From positions 1,344,001 through 1,408,000 of the forward strand of contig CBDFKD010000002.1 of NCBI GenBank assembly GCA_965248695.1: DNA of 64,000 bases, written 5' to 3'. The notes beneath the pieces are model-generated. The model was not told the origin of the DNA and made no database searches. It saw nothing but the letters and a program-made list of their open reading frames with translations. The stretch's first letter is position 1, and each line of letters opens with the position of its first letter. Made by a program: the position numbers and the translations under genes. Shown here piece after piece: positions 9,991 through 20,117 of the stretch. The DNA is from Acidobacteriota bacterium (GTDB lineage: Bacteria; Acidobacteriota; UBA890; WLXD01).

Positions 9991-12900
9991 TCAGACCTGG
10001 ACGCGCGCCTCGTCGCTGCCGCGCACGGTCCGCAACACTGCGGCGCGGGCGTCCATGACGATCGAGAACACCGCCGGTACCAGGAACAACGTGAAGATGG
10101 TCGACACCGCTAATCCGCCGACCACTACACCACCGAGGCCACGGTAGATCTCGCTGCCGGCGCCGGTGACCACTACCAGCGGCGCCATGCCCATCACCGA
10201 GGTCAGGGTGCTCATGAAGATCGGGCGGACGCGGTCGGATACCGCATCGCGCAGCGCCTCGCGGTGCCCCAACCCGCGGTCGCGCATGTAGTTGAGCGTC
10301 TGGTGCACGATAAGGATGGCGTTGTTCACCACGATGCCGACCAGGATCACGAAGCCGAGCATGGCAATGACATCGAGCGCTTGCGGGGCGATGAAGGCGT
10401 TCACCAATGCGAGGCCGACAAAGCCGCCAAGCGCCGCGAACGGCACCGAGAACAGGATCACGAACGGGTAGAGAAACGACTCGAACAGTGCCGCCATCAG
10501 CAGGTAGGTGACCACCAACGCCAGCACCATGTTCCCCTGCAGCGCCTGCCGCGTGGTGGTCAGCTTGTCGGCTGAGCCAGACAGCGCCGCCTCGTACGGA
10601 AGCGACAATGACCCGTCAGCCCGCATGGGCCCCAGCACGCTCTCCTCGATGATGGACATCGCCGCCTCGAGCGGCATGTCCGCCGCCGGCAGCACACGGA
10701 TGGTGACGGCGCGCTGGCGCTCGATGCGGTTGATCTGCGTCGGGCCGTTGGTCTCGACGACCCGGCCGATATCGCCGACGCTGACGACGCGCCCCGACGG
10801 TGTGGCGATGTTGAGGGCTTCGATATCTTGCGACCTGGCGGCGTACGGAGCTGCCCCGCGCAGCATCAGATCGACGGCCCGTCCCTCGAACTGGTACTCG
10901 CTGACCTTGACACCGTCGACGAGCGCATTCAGGGCAAAGCCCAGGTCCGCTGCCGTCATGCCGAGCTCGGCGGCGCGCTCACGATCGGGAATCACCCGGA
11001 TCTCGGGGTTGCCAAGATCCAGCCCCGGTATCGGTTGTGCCTGGGCGCCAGGTACGGTCGCCATCACGGTTCCGAACACCCGCCCGCCAATCCCTAGCAG
11101 CCGCACGAGGTCGGGACCGGTCAGATCGATGTCGATGGCGCGACCGGCCGAAGGCCCGCGCTGAAATATCGAGGGCTGCTGCACGACCCCGAAGGTCCCG
11201 GGGATTCGGCCGAGCGCCTGTTGGATCACCGGGATGAGCTCACCGGTGCGTTCAGCGTACTGGTCGTATCCGATCACACCGATGAACGCGCCGGCGGCGA
11301 ACGAGGCGAAGAAGTCATGCCGAATCGGCGGCGCCGCCAGTTGAGCCTCCTCCGGCGAGCCGGGCGTCGCCTCCCAGTACGGACGGATCGCCTCGCTCAC
11401 CGTCTCCGACATCGAGAGGTACTCGTCCATGTTGTAGCCAGGCGGCGGAATCAACATGCCGAAGGCAAAATTCTGATTGCCAGTGGGCAGGTACTCGGTC
11501 TCCGGCATCAACACCCAGGCGGAAAACACCGCTGTGCCGGCCAGGACCACCACTGCCAGCAAGCGCAGCACCGGTGCCCCCGAGAGCCAGTAGGTGAACT
11601 CGGCGATGCGGCGGTTCAGGCCGGCGCCCACGCCAATGATCCCCCAGAGAGAGCGCCAGCCAGTGAGCTCGGTTGCCGCTCCGGCTCCGGCAGTGCTGCT
11701 GAGAATCCGCGCCGAGAGGCTGGGAATCATGGTGACCGAGACGACGAGTGAGATCAGCACGGCGGCGCTCACCGCCACGGCGATGTCGCGAAATAGCTGG
11801 CCGGCTTCCTCCTGCACGAAGAGCACCGGCAAGAAGACGGCTACCGTCGTCATCACCGACGCAAAGACGGCTCCCCATACCTCGACGGTGCCGTCGTAGG
11901 CGGCCTGCGCCCGGCGCTTCCCCATCTGCTGATGGCGATAGATGTTCTCCAGCACGACGATGGAGGCATCGACGATCATGCCGACGGCGAACGCCATGCC
12001 GGCAAGACTGACGACGTTGATGTTGCGACCCAGCAGGCTCATCACCAGGAAGGTCGCCACCACGCTGACAGGAATCGCCAGTCCGACCACCATGCTGCTG
12101 GAGAAACTGCGCAGGAACACCAGCAGCACCATGAGCGCCAACAGCCCACCGATAATCATGTTGCGTTGTACGAGCGAGATGGCGCTCTGGATGTAGTCTG
12201 CCTGCGAGAATGCGATCACCAGGCGCATGCCGCGATTGCCCACGGGGCCCGCATTGAGCTGTGCGACCGCACGCTCGACCCCATCGAGCACCAGGAGTGT
12301 GTTGGAGCCTGTCTGCTGTTGCACGGCAACGCCGATGGTCGGTGCACCCCGCTGTCGCATGATCGATGTGGGCTCGGCGTATCCGAGCTCGACGCTGGCG
12401 ACATCACGTACATAGATAGGCGCACTGTCACGCCAGGCGAGCACCACGTCCTCGACCTGTTCGGGCGCGGTGTACTCCCCTACCGTGCGGACGACATAGG
12501 TTCGCTTCCCCTCGTCGAAGTCCCCTGCCGAGATATCGCGGTTTTCGGCGTCCAGTGCCGCGGCGATCTGGGTCAACGTCAGACCGCGAACGGCCAGCTT
12601 CTGGGGGTCGACGGTCACCTGCAGCTCGCGGTCGCGACCGGCCCAGATCTGCGCCACGGCCACGCCGGGAACGCGCTCGAGCGTTCGCTGGACCACTTCG
12701 ATGGCGAAATCACGCTGCAGCTCGATATCGATGTCGGCGTCCGGCAGCGGCTGCAGAACCATCCATGCAACGACGTTTTGCTCGAACGGTGAGCGGCTCG
12801 TGATCACCGGCTTGAGCGCCGTGGCGGGATACTGCTGGACCTGTTGCAACCGGTTGCTCACCTTCAACAGCACCGCATCCGGATCCACGCCGATGCGGAA

Positions 12901-13182
12901 CTCGAGCCTCACCGTGCCGGTCGACTGGCTGCTCTGGCTGGTCATCTTCACCAGCCCCTCGAGCGACTTGAGCTGTTCCTCCTGCTTCTGGACGATCTCG
13001 GTCTCGATCTCCTCCGGCGACGCTCCCGGCCATAACGTGGTGACAACGGCCTGCGGCACCTCGACGTCAGGGATCAGCTGGATCGGGATACGGAACAGCG
13101 CCAGTATTCCGAACAGCGCGACCAGCAATACGACAACCGTTACGCTGACCGGAGACTTGATCGATTCGTCGACGAGCTTCAT
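9991..13182 (-). CDS. RND efflux transporter permease (AcrB/AcrD/AcrF family)
   Basis: GMIVDASIVVLENI, GIVVNNAIL and RVRPIFMSTLT motifs; about 1060 aa from ATG 13182. Confidence 0.93.
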   Translation of the reverse strand: MKLVDESIKSPVSVTVVVLLVALFGILALFRIPIQLIPDVEVPQAVVTTLWPGASPEEIETEIVQKQEEQLKSLEGLVKMTSQSSQSTGTVRLEFRIGVDPDAVLLKVSNRLQQVQQYPATALKPVITSRSPFEQNVVAWMVLQPLPDADIDIELQRDFAIEVVQRTLERVPGVAVAQIWAGRDRELQVTVDPQKLAVRGLTLTQIAAALDAENRDISAGDFDEGKRTYVVRTVGEYTAPEQVEDVVLAWRDSAPIYVRDVASVELGYAEPTSIMRQRGAPTIGVAVQQQTGSNTLLVLDGVERAVAQLNAGPVGNRGMRLVIAFSQADYIQSAISLVQRNMIIGGLLALMVLLVFLRSFSSSMVVGLAIPVSVVATFLVMSLLGRNINVVSLAGMAFAVGMIVDASIVVLENIYRHQQMGKRRAQAAYDGTVEVWGAVFASVMTTVAVFLPVLFVQEEAGQLFRDIAVAVSAAVLISLVVSVTMIPSLSARILSSTAGAGAATELTGWRSLWGIIGVGAGLNRRIAEFTYWLSGAPVLRLLAVVVLAGTAVFSAWVLMPETEYLPTGNQNFAFGMLIPPPGYNMDEYLSMSETVSEAIRPYWEATPGSPEEAQLAAPPIRHDFFASFAAGAFIGVIGYDQYAERTGELIPVIQQALGRIPGTFGVVQQPSIFQRGPSAGRAIDIDLTGPDLVRLLGIGGRVFGTVMATVPGAQAQPIPGLDLGNPEIRVIPDRERAAELGMTAADLGFALNALVDGVKVSEYQFEGRAVDLMLRGAAPYAARSQDIEALNIATPSGRVVSVGDIGRVVETNGPTQINRIERQRAVTIRVLPAADMPLEAAMSIIEESVLGPMRADGSLSLPYEAALSGSADKLTTTRQALQGNMVLALVVTYLLMAALFESFLYPFVILFSVPFAALGGFVGLALVNAFIAPQALDVIAMLGFVILVGIVVNNAILIVHQTLNYMRDRGLGHREALRDAVSDRVRPIFMSTLTSVMGMAPLVVVTGAGSEIYRGLGGVVVGGLAVSTIFTLFLVPAVFSIVMDARAAVLRTVRGSDEARVQV

Positions 13183-14564
13183 GAGCCCGTTTCTTGGCGC
13201 GGATCGACGGCGATCGGCTTGCTCAGGTCGGCCATCGGCACCGTCAATTCGCGCACGGCGGACACCTGCACCGGCTGACCCGGGAAGACGCGCTCGTTGC
13301 CGCGAACGACCACCAGGTCGCCCCCGGCGACAGCTCCATAGACCACCTGCCATTGGCCGCGCGCCGGGCCGATGTCCACCGACACCTGTTCGATCATGCC
13401 GCGCGTGCCAACGCCGGAAGCGGTCGGTGGGCCCGTGGCCATGACGCGGAATACGAGCACCTGGTCACCGCGTCTGACGATGGCGTCCTTGCTGACGAGC
13501 ATCGCCGGTTCGGGGCTTCCGAGCTGCGCTGCCACGCGGGCCGCCATGCCGCCCTTGATCGCCAGACCCGGATTGGGGACACGGATCAGAACCGGGAACG
13601 TGCGTGCTTCCGGCACCGCCTGCGGCACGATCGCCCGCACCGTGCCGACGTAGTCGAGTCCCGGCAAGGCGTCCAACCGTACGTCGACCCGGAACCCGGG
13701 CTCGATGGCGGAGATGTAACGCTCGGCGATCTGCACCGCTACCTCGACCTCTGAGAGATCGATCAGCGAGATGATCTGCGTCCCCTGTGCGACCCACTCT
13801 CCGATCTCGACGTGAACCGCTGCGACGCGTCCTGCGAACGGTGCCCGCACCGTCGCCCGCGCCAGCACGTCTTCGAGACGCGCTACCTCGGCACCGAGGC
13901 GCGCCACGCCCTGCGCGAACGCGTCGCGGTCGGCCACCGCCTGTTCGTATTCGCGCTGTGAGATGGCGGCGCGCTGCAGCAGGCTGGCGAGGCGATCGAA
14001 ATCAGCGCTGGCGCGCGACAACCTGGCGTCGGTCTCGTCGCGCGCCGCGCGCGCCGCTGCGAGTTGCTGCTCGATTGCGGCGGTCCGCAGACGCACCAGC
14101 ACCTGGCCAGTACGAACCGAGTCACCTTCGTGAACCCGCAGCTCCGAGAGCAGGCCGTCGACCTCGCTGGCCACCAGCGACTCGCGTATAGGCGCCGCGG
14201 TACCGAGCAGCTCGACGCGCTCGGCGGCGACGATTTCGACTGCCGGCACGACCTCGACCGGCGACGCCATCGGGCCTGAAGGCGGTCCACCGGTGCCGTC
14301 CTGCCCGCCGCCGGGCCCGCCGTGTTCCGTCAGTGGCATCTCGGCAGTTCCGAGGCCCATGGATCGGCCACCGAGCAGACCGAAACCGACGGCAGCGATC
14401 ACCGAGAGCGCGCCAACCGCCACACCGAGCACCAGGATGAGGCCGACGATGACCGAAGGCAGCTTGAGCGCCTGGGGCGCTGGCGCCGTCACGGACGCCG
14501 GTGCGGAGGTGCCCTCGTCGGCAGATATGGGTCGCCGGTCAGGATCTGGATCGGACGGTTGCAT
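13179..14564 (-). CDS. RND periplasmic adaptor (membrane fusion protein)
   Basis: TM anchor, lipoyl-like VASEVDG..V.EGD.V, coiled coil, VRAPFAG. Overlaps the permease start. Start is uncertain. Confidence 0.88.
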   Translation of the reverse strand: MQPSDPDPDRRPISADEGTSAPASVTAPAPQALKLPSVIVGLILVLGVAVGALSVIAAVGFGLLGGRSMGLGTAEMPLTEHGGPGGGQDGTGGPPSGPMASPVEVVPAVEIVAAERVELLGTAAPIRESLVASEVDGLLSELRVHEGDSVRTGQVLVRLRTAAIEQQLAAARAARDETDARLSRASADFDRLASLLQRAAISQREYEQAVADRDAFAQGVARLGAEVARLEDVLARATVRAPFAGRVAAVHVEIGEWVAQGTQIISLIDLSEVEVAVQIAERYISAIEPGFRVDVRLDALPGLDYVGTVRAIVPQAVPEARTFPVLIRVPNPGLAIKGGMAARVAAQLGSPEPAMLVSKDAIVRRGDQVLVFRVMATGPPTASGVGTRGMIEQVSVDIGPARGQWQVVYGAVAGGDLVVVRGNERVFPGQPVQVSAVRELTVPMADLSKPIAVDPRQETGS

Positions 14565-14751
14565 GGCGCTACGCAGGGGAGTGGGGGGGCTGGTCGCCTG
14601 CATCACGCGTGCGCTGGAGGCGTCTGCGCGAGGAAACCAGCATTCAGCGTACGTCGGCGCTCCGAATCGGGCAAGACGGAGAGCGGCCGAGCGGGCGCTC
14701 GCTGTCCACCAGTGGTCGCGCCGTCCGGTGAGCGGGAGAAGGGACGCGAGG

Positions 14752-16500
14752 CTACTGGATACCCGGACCCGAGCTCGCCGCCGTCGGGTCCAGACGCCGC
14801 CGCGCCTCGATGCCGCTTCGCCGAATGAACAGCTCGTGGTCCACGGCTCCGGCCAGCCCCGTGGACGCGAGCTGTTGTCGAGCTCCGTCGGGCCAGAGCA
14901 CCTCGACGGCATCGATGGTCTCACGCCCACCCAGCCCGAAGGTCAGTGTGCGCTCGCTGTGGGAGGCGTACGACGAGCCGGCACGGACCAGTTGCTTCTG
15001 CCGCCAGCCACCGGATTGCACCGTGACCGTGGCACCGATCGCCGCCGTATTGACGGCCGAGTCGCGCAAGGTGATGCGAAGGACGTGTGGCGGATCCGGG
15101 TGGTCACGCGTGGAGCTCAGCAGGACGTACGCGCGGCCGTCGTTGCTGGTCATGACCACATCGAGATCGCCGTCGCGATCCAGATCCGCATGCGCGGCGC
15201 CGCGCCCGACGATGGCGCGGGCCATCGCCTCGCCGGCATGCTCGCCGACCTCTTGCAGCGTGCCGTCGCCGCGGTTCAGGTACAACAGCGGGCGCTGCTC
15301 GTAGCTGATGCTGGCCTCGACCTCGGCGATGCGGTCCTCCAGATGCCCGTTGACGGCAAACAGATCGAGCCAGCCATCCAGATCGTGATCGAAGAAAAAG
15401 AGCCCGAAGGTGAGGAACGGAAAGCTCGACCGACCGACTCCGGCGCGGCCGGCGATGTCGACGAACAGGCCGCCCGGACCCTGCTCGAACAGCCCGATCA
15501 TCTCCTTGCTGAAGTTGCCTATGGCGAGCGCCAGGCTGCCCGTGTTACTCAGGTCGGCCGTATCGATGCCCATTCCGGCCCGCGCCCGGCCGGTCGAATC
15601 GAACGCCATCCCGGACAGCAGCCCCACTTCGGTGAAGGTACCGTCGCCGGCGTTCTCGAACAGAAAGTTGGGCTCGGTATCGTTGGCCACCGCCAAGTCG
15701 GGGCGCCCATCGGCGTTGAAATCGGCCACCGTCACGCCCAGCGATTTGCCGCCCGGCACGAACACTCGAGCCTCGACGCTGACGTCGGTGAAGGTCCCGT
15801 CGCCCTCGTTGCGGTACAGAATCGAGGGTTCCCCCTCGTACGACTCCGGTGTGCAATACGACTTGTTGCGGCCGTCGAGCGAGCACCAGATGTCGTCATC
15901 GGACGTCCACTTGACGTAGTTGGCGACGTAGACGTCGAGATCCCCGTCGAGGTCGTAGTCGAGCCAGGCGGCGGACGTGCTCCAGCCTGGGTGCCCGAGA
16001 CCGGTCGCTTCGGTCACATCGGCGAAGGTGCCGTCGCCGGCGTTCCGGAACATTCGATTGCGGCCATACGCGGTTACCAGCAGATCGGTGTCGCCGTCGC
16101 CGTCGTAGTCGGCCGGGGCGGCTCCGAATCCGTAGAGCGACACCTCCAGCCCCGAACCCGGGGTGATGTTCTCGAACGTGCGGTCTCCGCGGTTCCGATA
16201 CAGCTGCATGGTGGCATCGCGCCAAGCTTCGGGCACGGCCGCCTCGTGTCCGGGCCAGGAGCTCCCCTGAACGAAGAGCATGTCTGTCCAGCCGTCGCCA
16301 TCGGCATCGAACAGCGCCACGCCGGCTCCGAGGCTCTCGGGCATCCATTTCTGTCCGAACGCGCCGCTGATGTGTCGGAAGTCGATCCCCGCCGCCACCG
16401 TGTGGTCCTCGAACTGCGGCGGCTCATCGGCCAGCGGAACGGCCCACGCCGAGGCCGCGGCGGCCGCAGCCAGCAGTGGCAGCCCGAGATGACGCATCAT
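14752..16500 (-). CDS. CRTAC1-family FG-GAP repeat protein with ASPIC/UnbV domain
   Basis: Signal peptide, repeated D-x-D-G-D-G-x-x-D loops, C-terminal AIGATV...GSSYAS...FGLG...V.WPDG. Confidence 0.9.
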   Translation of the reverse strand: MMRHLGLPLLAAAAAASAWAVPLADEPPQFEDHTVAAGIDFRHISGAFGQKWMPESLGAGVALFDADGDGWTDMLFVQGSSWPGHEAAVPEAWRDATMQLYRNRGDRTFENITPGSGLEVSLYGFGAAPADYDGDGDTDLLVTAYGRNRMFRNAGDGTFADVTEATGLGHPGWSTSAAWLDYDLDGDLDVYVANYVKWTSDDDIWCSLDGRNKSYCTPESYEGEPSILYRNEGDGTFTDVSVEARVFVPGGKSLGVTVADFNADGRPDLAVANDTEPNFLFENAGDGTFTEVGLLSGMAFDSTGRARAGMGIDTADLSNTGSLALAIGNFSKEMIGLFEQGPGGLFVDIAGRAGVGRSSFPFLTFGLFFFDHDLDGWLDLFAVNGHLEDRIAEVEASISYEQRPLLYLNRGDGTLQEVGEHAGEAMARAIVGRGAAHADLDRDGDLDVVMTSNDGRAYVLLSSTRDHPDPPHVLRITLRDSAVNTAAIGATVTVQSGGWRQKQLVRAGSSYASHSERTLTFGLGGRETIDAVEVLWPDGARQQLASTGLAGAVDHELFIRRSGIEARRRLDPTAASSGPGIQ

Positions 16501-18980
16501 CGCTCACCGTTGCGATCGACGCGGCGCCACGGCGGTGTCGGTCCGGGGAACTCCTGCGCCGGGCGGAAGCGGCTCCCGCCTTCGAGCCAATCGGTCCACG
16601 GATCGCGCTCGGGAGCACTGAACCAGTCCGAGACCGCCGCGAGCTCGTGGAAGTGAATGGGCTGCGCCTCGTTGTTGGCGTGCGGGTGCTCGCGCTTGTA
16701 CGGGCCGGTGAGCTGCCGGATATCCTCGTCGTCGCGATAGCGCAGGTAGCGTGTCTCGTGAACTCGGGCCTTGGCGTCGTCGCCCAGGGCGCGATACGTG
16801 AGCATCAGGTTGTAGTGCGCTCCGAGCTCCTCGGGGTCGATCTGATCGAGCACGAACAGCAGGCTGCGGATGGCGTCGTCATAGCGTCCTAGCAGGTAGT
16901 ACACGTTGCCGAGATCGAGCTGCACGACCCGGTCGTACTGAAACTCCGCCGCCACCCGCTCGAGCAGCTCTGCGGCGCGCTCGTACTCGCCGAAGCCGCG
17001 CGCTGCCTGGGCCCGGAAATACGCCGCCTTGAAGTACCCTGGCTCGAGCGCCTCGGCCCGTTCGAGCACCGCCTCCACCGCGGCCAGGTTGCCTTCGCGT
17101 AGATGAGCTCGGGCTTCGTTGACGAAGCCATCGGCATAGTCCGGCGCCACCTTCTGTACAACCCGAAACGCTTCCAGGGCAGCACGCGAGTCTCCCTGTC
17201 GCAGGAGACCGATGCCGTAGTCGTTGAAGCGCATCCAATCGTCGGGACCCGGCGTCGGCGTGCTCGGTGCGGCGTCGGCGGCGGTCGAGCTTATAGCCAG
17301 CCGTAGCTCCGCCTCGTTGAGGATCACGGTCGGCAGATCGACCACCTTCGTGTCGTCATAGATCCATTGGCGGGTGTCGACCTGCGGCAAGCTGACCGCG
17401 TCGGCCGGCTGTTCTTCTGCCGCAACCGCCCCCAGCGCCCAGCGGTTGTACGCCTGCTTGTGCTTGCGGTAGTTGAGGCGAGCCCGCAGCCGCAGCGTTC
17501 CGGTGGCGTCACCCGGAACGGTAAATCGGTAGTGCACCGTGTCGGCGGCGCCCGGCGGGATCGCCCGCACGTACACCGGCGCGCGTCGATCCCAACCGTT
17601 GCGCTTGTCGAGCTCTTGCCCCGCCTCGTCGAGGAACAGGCCTCGGTAGAAGTGCGAGCTCGGATCGACATAGCGGCCCTGGTTCATGCCGCCGGACATC
17701 AGCAGTGGCTTGCCGGTGTCGTCGAGGAGGCTCACCTCGAGCCAGCTCATGTTGCTGTCAGTGGTGCCGCCGGTGAACTGGTGCCCCACGCCACGCGTGC
17801 GTACGACGATCTCGACGCCGATCTGCTCGCCGGGAGCCACTTCCAGGTCGGCGGCGTCCACCGGGGCAATCAGCGGGGTCATCTCCCCCGGGGGCCCCCG
17901 ACGTAGTGCGAAGATGTCGACCGTTACCTGGTCGCTTTGCAGAAACTCCACTGTGGCGCGCAGCTGCGCCGCGTAGCCGAGTACCGCCGGCAGCGCCGTG
18001 TTCGTGCCCAGGAACCGATGTGAGTTGACCAACCCGGCGTCGTTGCCGGCGTCGTTCGAGGGCACCTCGGGCATGTGACAGTCCTGGCATTGCAGCGGCG
18101 CCTCCGGGTAGTAGAACGAGCGCGCCGATCCCCCTGAGATACCGCTCGCCTGCCAGCCGTCGTACTCATCGAATCCACGCAGCCATTTGTAGTTGTTCAC
18201 CGGCGTGATCAGGCTCTGCTTGTGGCAGGTGCCGCAAAACAGCGACAACGAGTGGAACGGACTACGACGCCGGGCGCTGTGGCGTCGGATCAGCGCCGGA
18301 TCGGCCAGCAGCTCGTCGTTCCCGCGGCGTCTCAGATCAGGGTCGGTGGTACCCGCGTAGGGCAACGCCGCGGCCGGCGCCAGGCGATAGGAGCCGTTGG
18401 CGCGTGCCGAATGCACCCGATCGACGCTGTGACAAAACTGACACGAGATGCCGATATTGGCTCCGGCGCCCTCGAAATCAATCGGCTCGTTTCCCTGCAT
18501 CTTGCCGGTCATCATCAGCGCCGGATCGTGGCACCCGCCGCACCATTGCGAGGCGCGCACACCCGACCGCTCCTGGAAGAATTTCACCGTACGGCGGTAC
18601 CAGGGATCCGTCATCGAGGCGAGGTGGTGCGTCGACTCGAACCACATGTCGTAGATATCGGGATGGCAGCCGGCGTCGCCGCAGCGCTCGACGTCCATCA
18701 GCTGCTGCTGCGAATAAAAGCCCTGAGAGCGCGTCGTGGCCGATGACGGATAGAACGGTGAGTCGCGATCCAGCGGCAGCTCGGTGAACCGATAGCCCTC
18801 AACATGCGGACCCGCCTCGAAGTACGACGGGAACTGGGTCGGGTCGCGGTATTCCTCTTGCTGCGCCCCGGTGGCGGTTGCCCAGACCAGCGATAGCAGG
18901 CCAACCGGGGCGACGGCTGCCAGCGTCACGAGGAGCAGGCGCAGCGGCAACAGATCGGAGCGTGTCGAATGGCCGGCCAT
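16497..18980 (-). CDS. Exported multiheme cytochrome c with C-terminal TPR repeats
   Basis: CGGCH, CQFCH, CGTCH and CQDCH plus non-canonical CGDAGCH; TPR-like helices at the C-terminus; ATGA overlap with the next gene. Confidence 0.85.
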   Translation of the reverse strand: MAGHSTRSDLLPLRLLLVTLAAVAPVGLLSLVWATATGAQQEEYRDPTQFPSYFEAGPHVEGYRFTELPLDRDSPFYPSSATTRSQGFYSQQQLMDVERCGDAGCHPDIYDMWFESTHHLASMTDPWYRRTVKFFQERSGVRASQWCGGCHDPALMMTGKMQGNEPIDFEGAGANIGISCQFCHSVDRVHSARANGSYRLAPAAALPYAGTTDPDLRRRGNDELLADPALIRRHSARRRSPFHSLSLFCGTCHKQSLITPVNNYKWLRGFDEYDGWQASGISGGSARSFYYPEAPLQCQDCHMPEVPSNDAGNDAGLVNSHRFLGTNTALPAVLGYAAQLRATVEFLQSDQVTVDIFALRRGPPGEMTPLIAPVDAADLEVAPGEQIGVEIVVRTRGVGHQFTGGTTDSNMSWLEVSLLDDTGKPLLMSGGMNQGRYVDPSSHFYRGLFLDEAGQELDKRNGWDRRAPVYVRAIPPGAADTVHYRFTVPGDATGTLRLRARLNYRKHKQAYNRWALGAVAAEEQPADAVSLPQVDTRQWIYDDTKVVDLPTVILNEAELRLAISSTAADAAPSTPTPGPDDWMRFNDYGIGLLRQGDSRAALEAFRVVQKVAPDYADGFVNEARAHLREGNLAAVEAVLERAEALEPGYFKAAYFRAQAARGFGEYERAAELLERVAAEFQYDRVVQLDLGNVYYLLGRYDDAIRSLLFVLDQIDPEELGAHYNLMLTYRALGDDAKARVHETRYLRYRDDEDIRQLTGPYKREHPHANNEAQPIHFHELAAVSDWFSAPERDPWTDWLEGGSRFRPAQEFPGPTPPWRRVDRNGER

Positions 18981-19013
18981 GATGCCTTAACTATGCCACG
19001 CGGCGTAGCGCGC

Positions 19014-19394
19014 CTACGGTCGTCGAACTGCCGCGATGAGCGCCTCCATGTGCGCCAGGTAGCGCTCCAGCGCCCGTCGTCCGGGGGCGGTGAGTCGATA
19101 CTGTGTACGCGGTACACGCCCGATGAATTTCTTGGCGCAGGCGATGTAGCCAGCGTCTTCGAGCTTGCGCGCGTGCACGCTGAGGTTGCCGTCGCTCAGC
19201 TCGAGCAGCTGCTTGAGCTCGTTGAAGCTCAGGGCGTCGTTCACCGCCAACGCGCTGACGATCGACAGGCGCACGGGTTGATGGATTACCCGGTCGACCT
19301 GTGTAGCCGTGTCGACGCCCCCATCCAGCAGCGCCGGGGGCGCCGCCGCGACCGGTTCGCGGCTCGAGCGCACACGTTTTCGCTTCGCCTTCAT
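19014..19394 (-). CDS. Winged-helix transcriptional regulator (ArsR/MarR-like)
   Basis: IHQPVRLSIVSAL..SFNELK..LSDGNLSVHARKLE.AGYI..K...PRT.YRLT. Confidence 0.88.
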   Translation of the reverse strand: MKAKRKRVRSSREPVAAAPPALLDGGVDTATQVDRVIHQPVRLSIVSALAVNDALSFNELKQLLELSDGNLSVHARKLEDAGYIACAKKFIGRVPRTQYRLTAPGRRALERYLAHMEALIAAVRRP

Positions 19395-19408
19395 GATGCC
19401 TCCCTGGG

Positions 19409-19984
19409 TCAGCCGCCGTAGCGACGGACGATGATCAGTCCCGACAGCACATGCAGCAGGCCGAAGCCAGCTCCCATGAGCGCATTGCCAATCGACAGCG
19501 GTGCGAACGCGGCAAGCCCGCCCAGCACCATGAACGCCATGCCCATCATCGGCACCAGACGAACGGAAAAGACACCTCCCACGACCGTCGCGGTCCCGTA
19601 GAGCGTCAACCATACGGCCGGCAGCGCCGAGTAGGTCTGACGCTCGATCATGGCGGCGGTCAGGATGGCACCGGCGATGATGGGCGTTGCCAGGCAACCG
19701 ACGAACAAGCGGGCGGTGCCCGAGTAGAGGTCCACGCCGGCGGCACTGGCCTTCTGCCACATGGCAATCGCCCCGACGGGGACGGCAACACCGGCAGCGG
19801 AGAGCCAAACCAGCACGAATTGCCGCGGATCGGGTGTGCGTGCCGCCACCAGCGCCGCAGTGAGCCCTACGGCACCCATGGCAACGCCTCCCCAGCCCGG
19901 CAGCGCGGTGAACGACGCGGCGCGATCCATGGCGACGCGGATCACCCGCAGGTGCTCCTCCGCTCTTGCCTGTAAGGAATCCAT
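19409..19984 (-). CDS. Integral membrane protein co-oriented with the wHTH regulator
   Basis: AEEHLRVIR.AM N-terminus, about six TM helices, FGLLH..G C-terminal motif. Confidence 0.75.
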   Translation of the reverse strand: MDSLQARAEEHLRVIRVAMDRAASFTALPGWGGVAMGAVGLTAALVAARTPDPRQFVLVWLSAAGVAVPVGAIAMWQKASAAGVDLYSGTARLFVGCLATPIIAGAILTAAMIERQTYSALPAVWLTLYGTATVVGGVFSVRLVPMMGMAFMVLGGLAAFAPLSIGNALMGAGFGLLHVLSGLIIVRRYGG

Positions 19985-20117
19985 GCGTCAGCCGTGGTTA
20001 TTCGTTCTGTTGAGTGCTTTGCTTGACAATGTTACCGGATACCGTCCGGCCACGAGACCGCCACCGGCGGCTTGCATTGTGACGTCGGTGGTTGACGCGA
20101 AGTAGTATCCCTCCCCT

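Noticed and set aside
14293-16656. Long opposite-strand ORFs (787 aa here; also 41080-42765, 8271-9404 and 60333-61529)
   Set aside because: Antisense shadows of motif-supported genes, expected in high-GC DNA; no recognisable domains.
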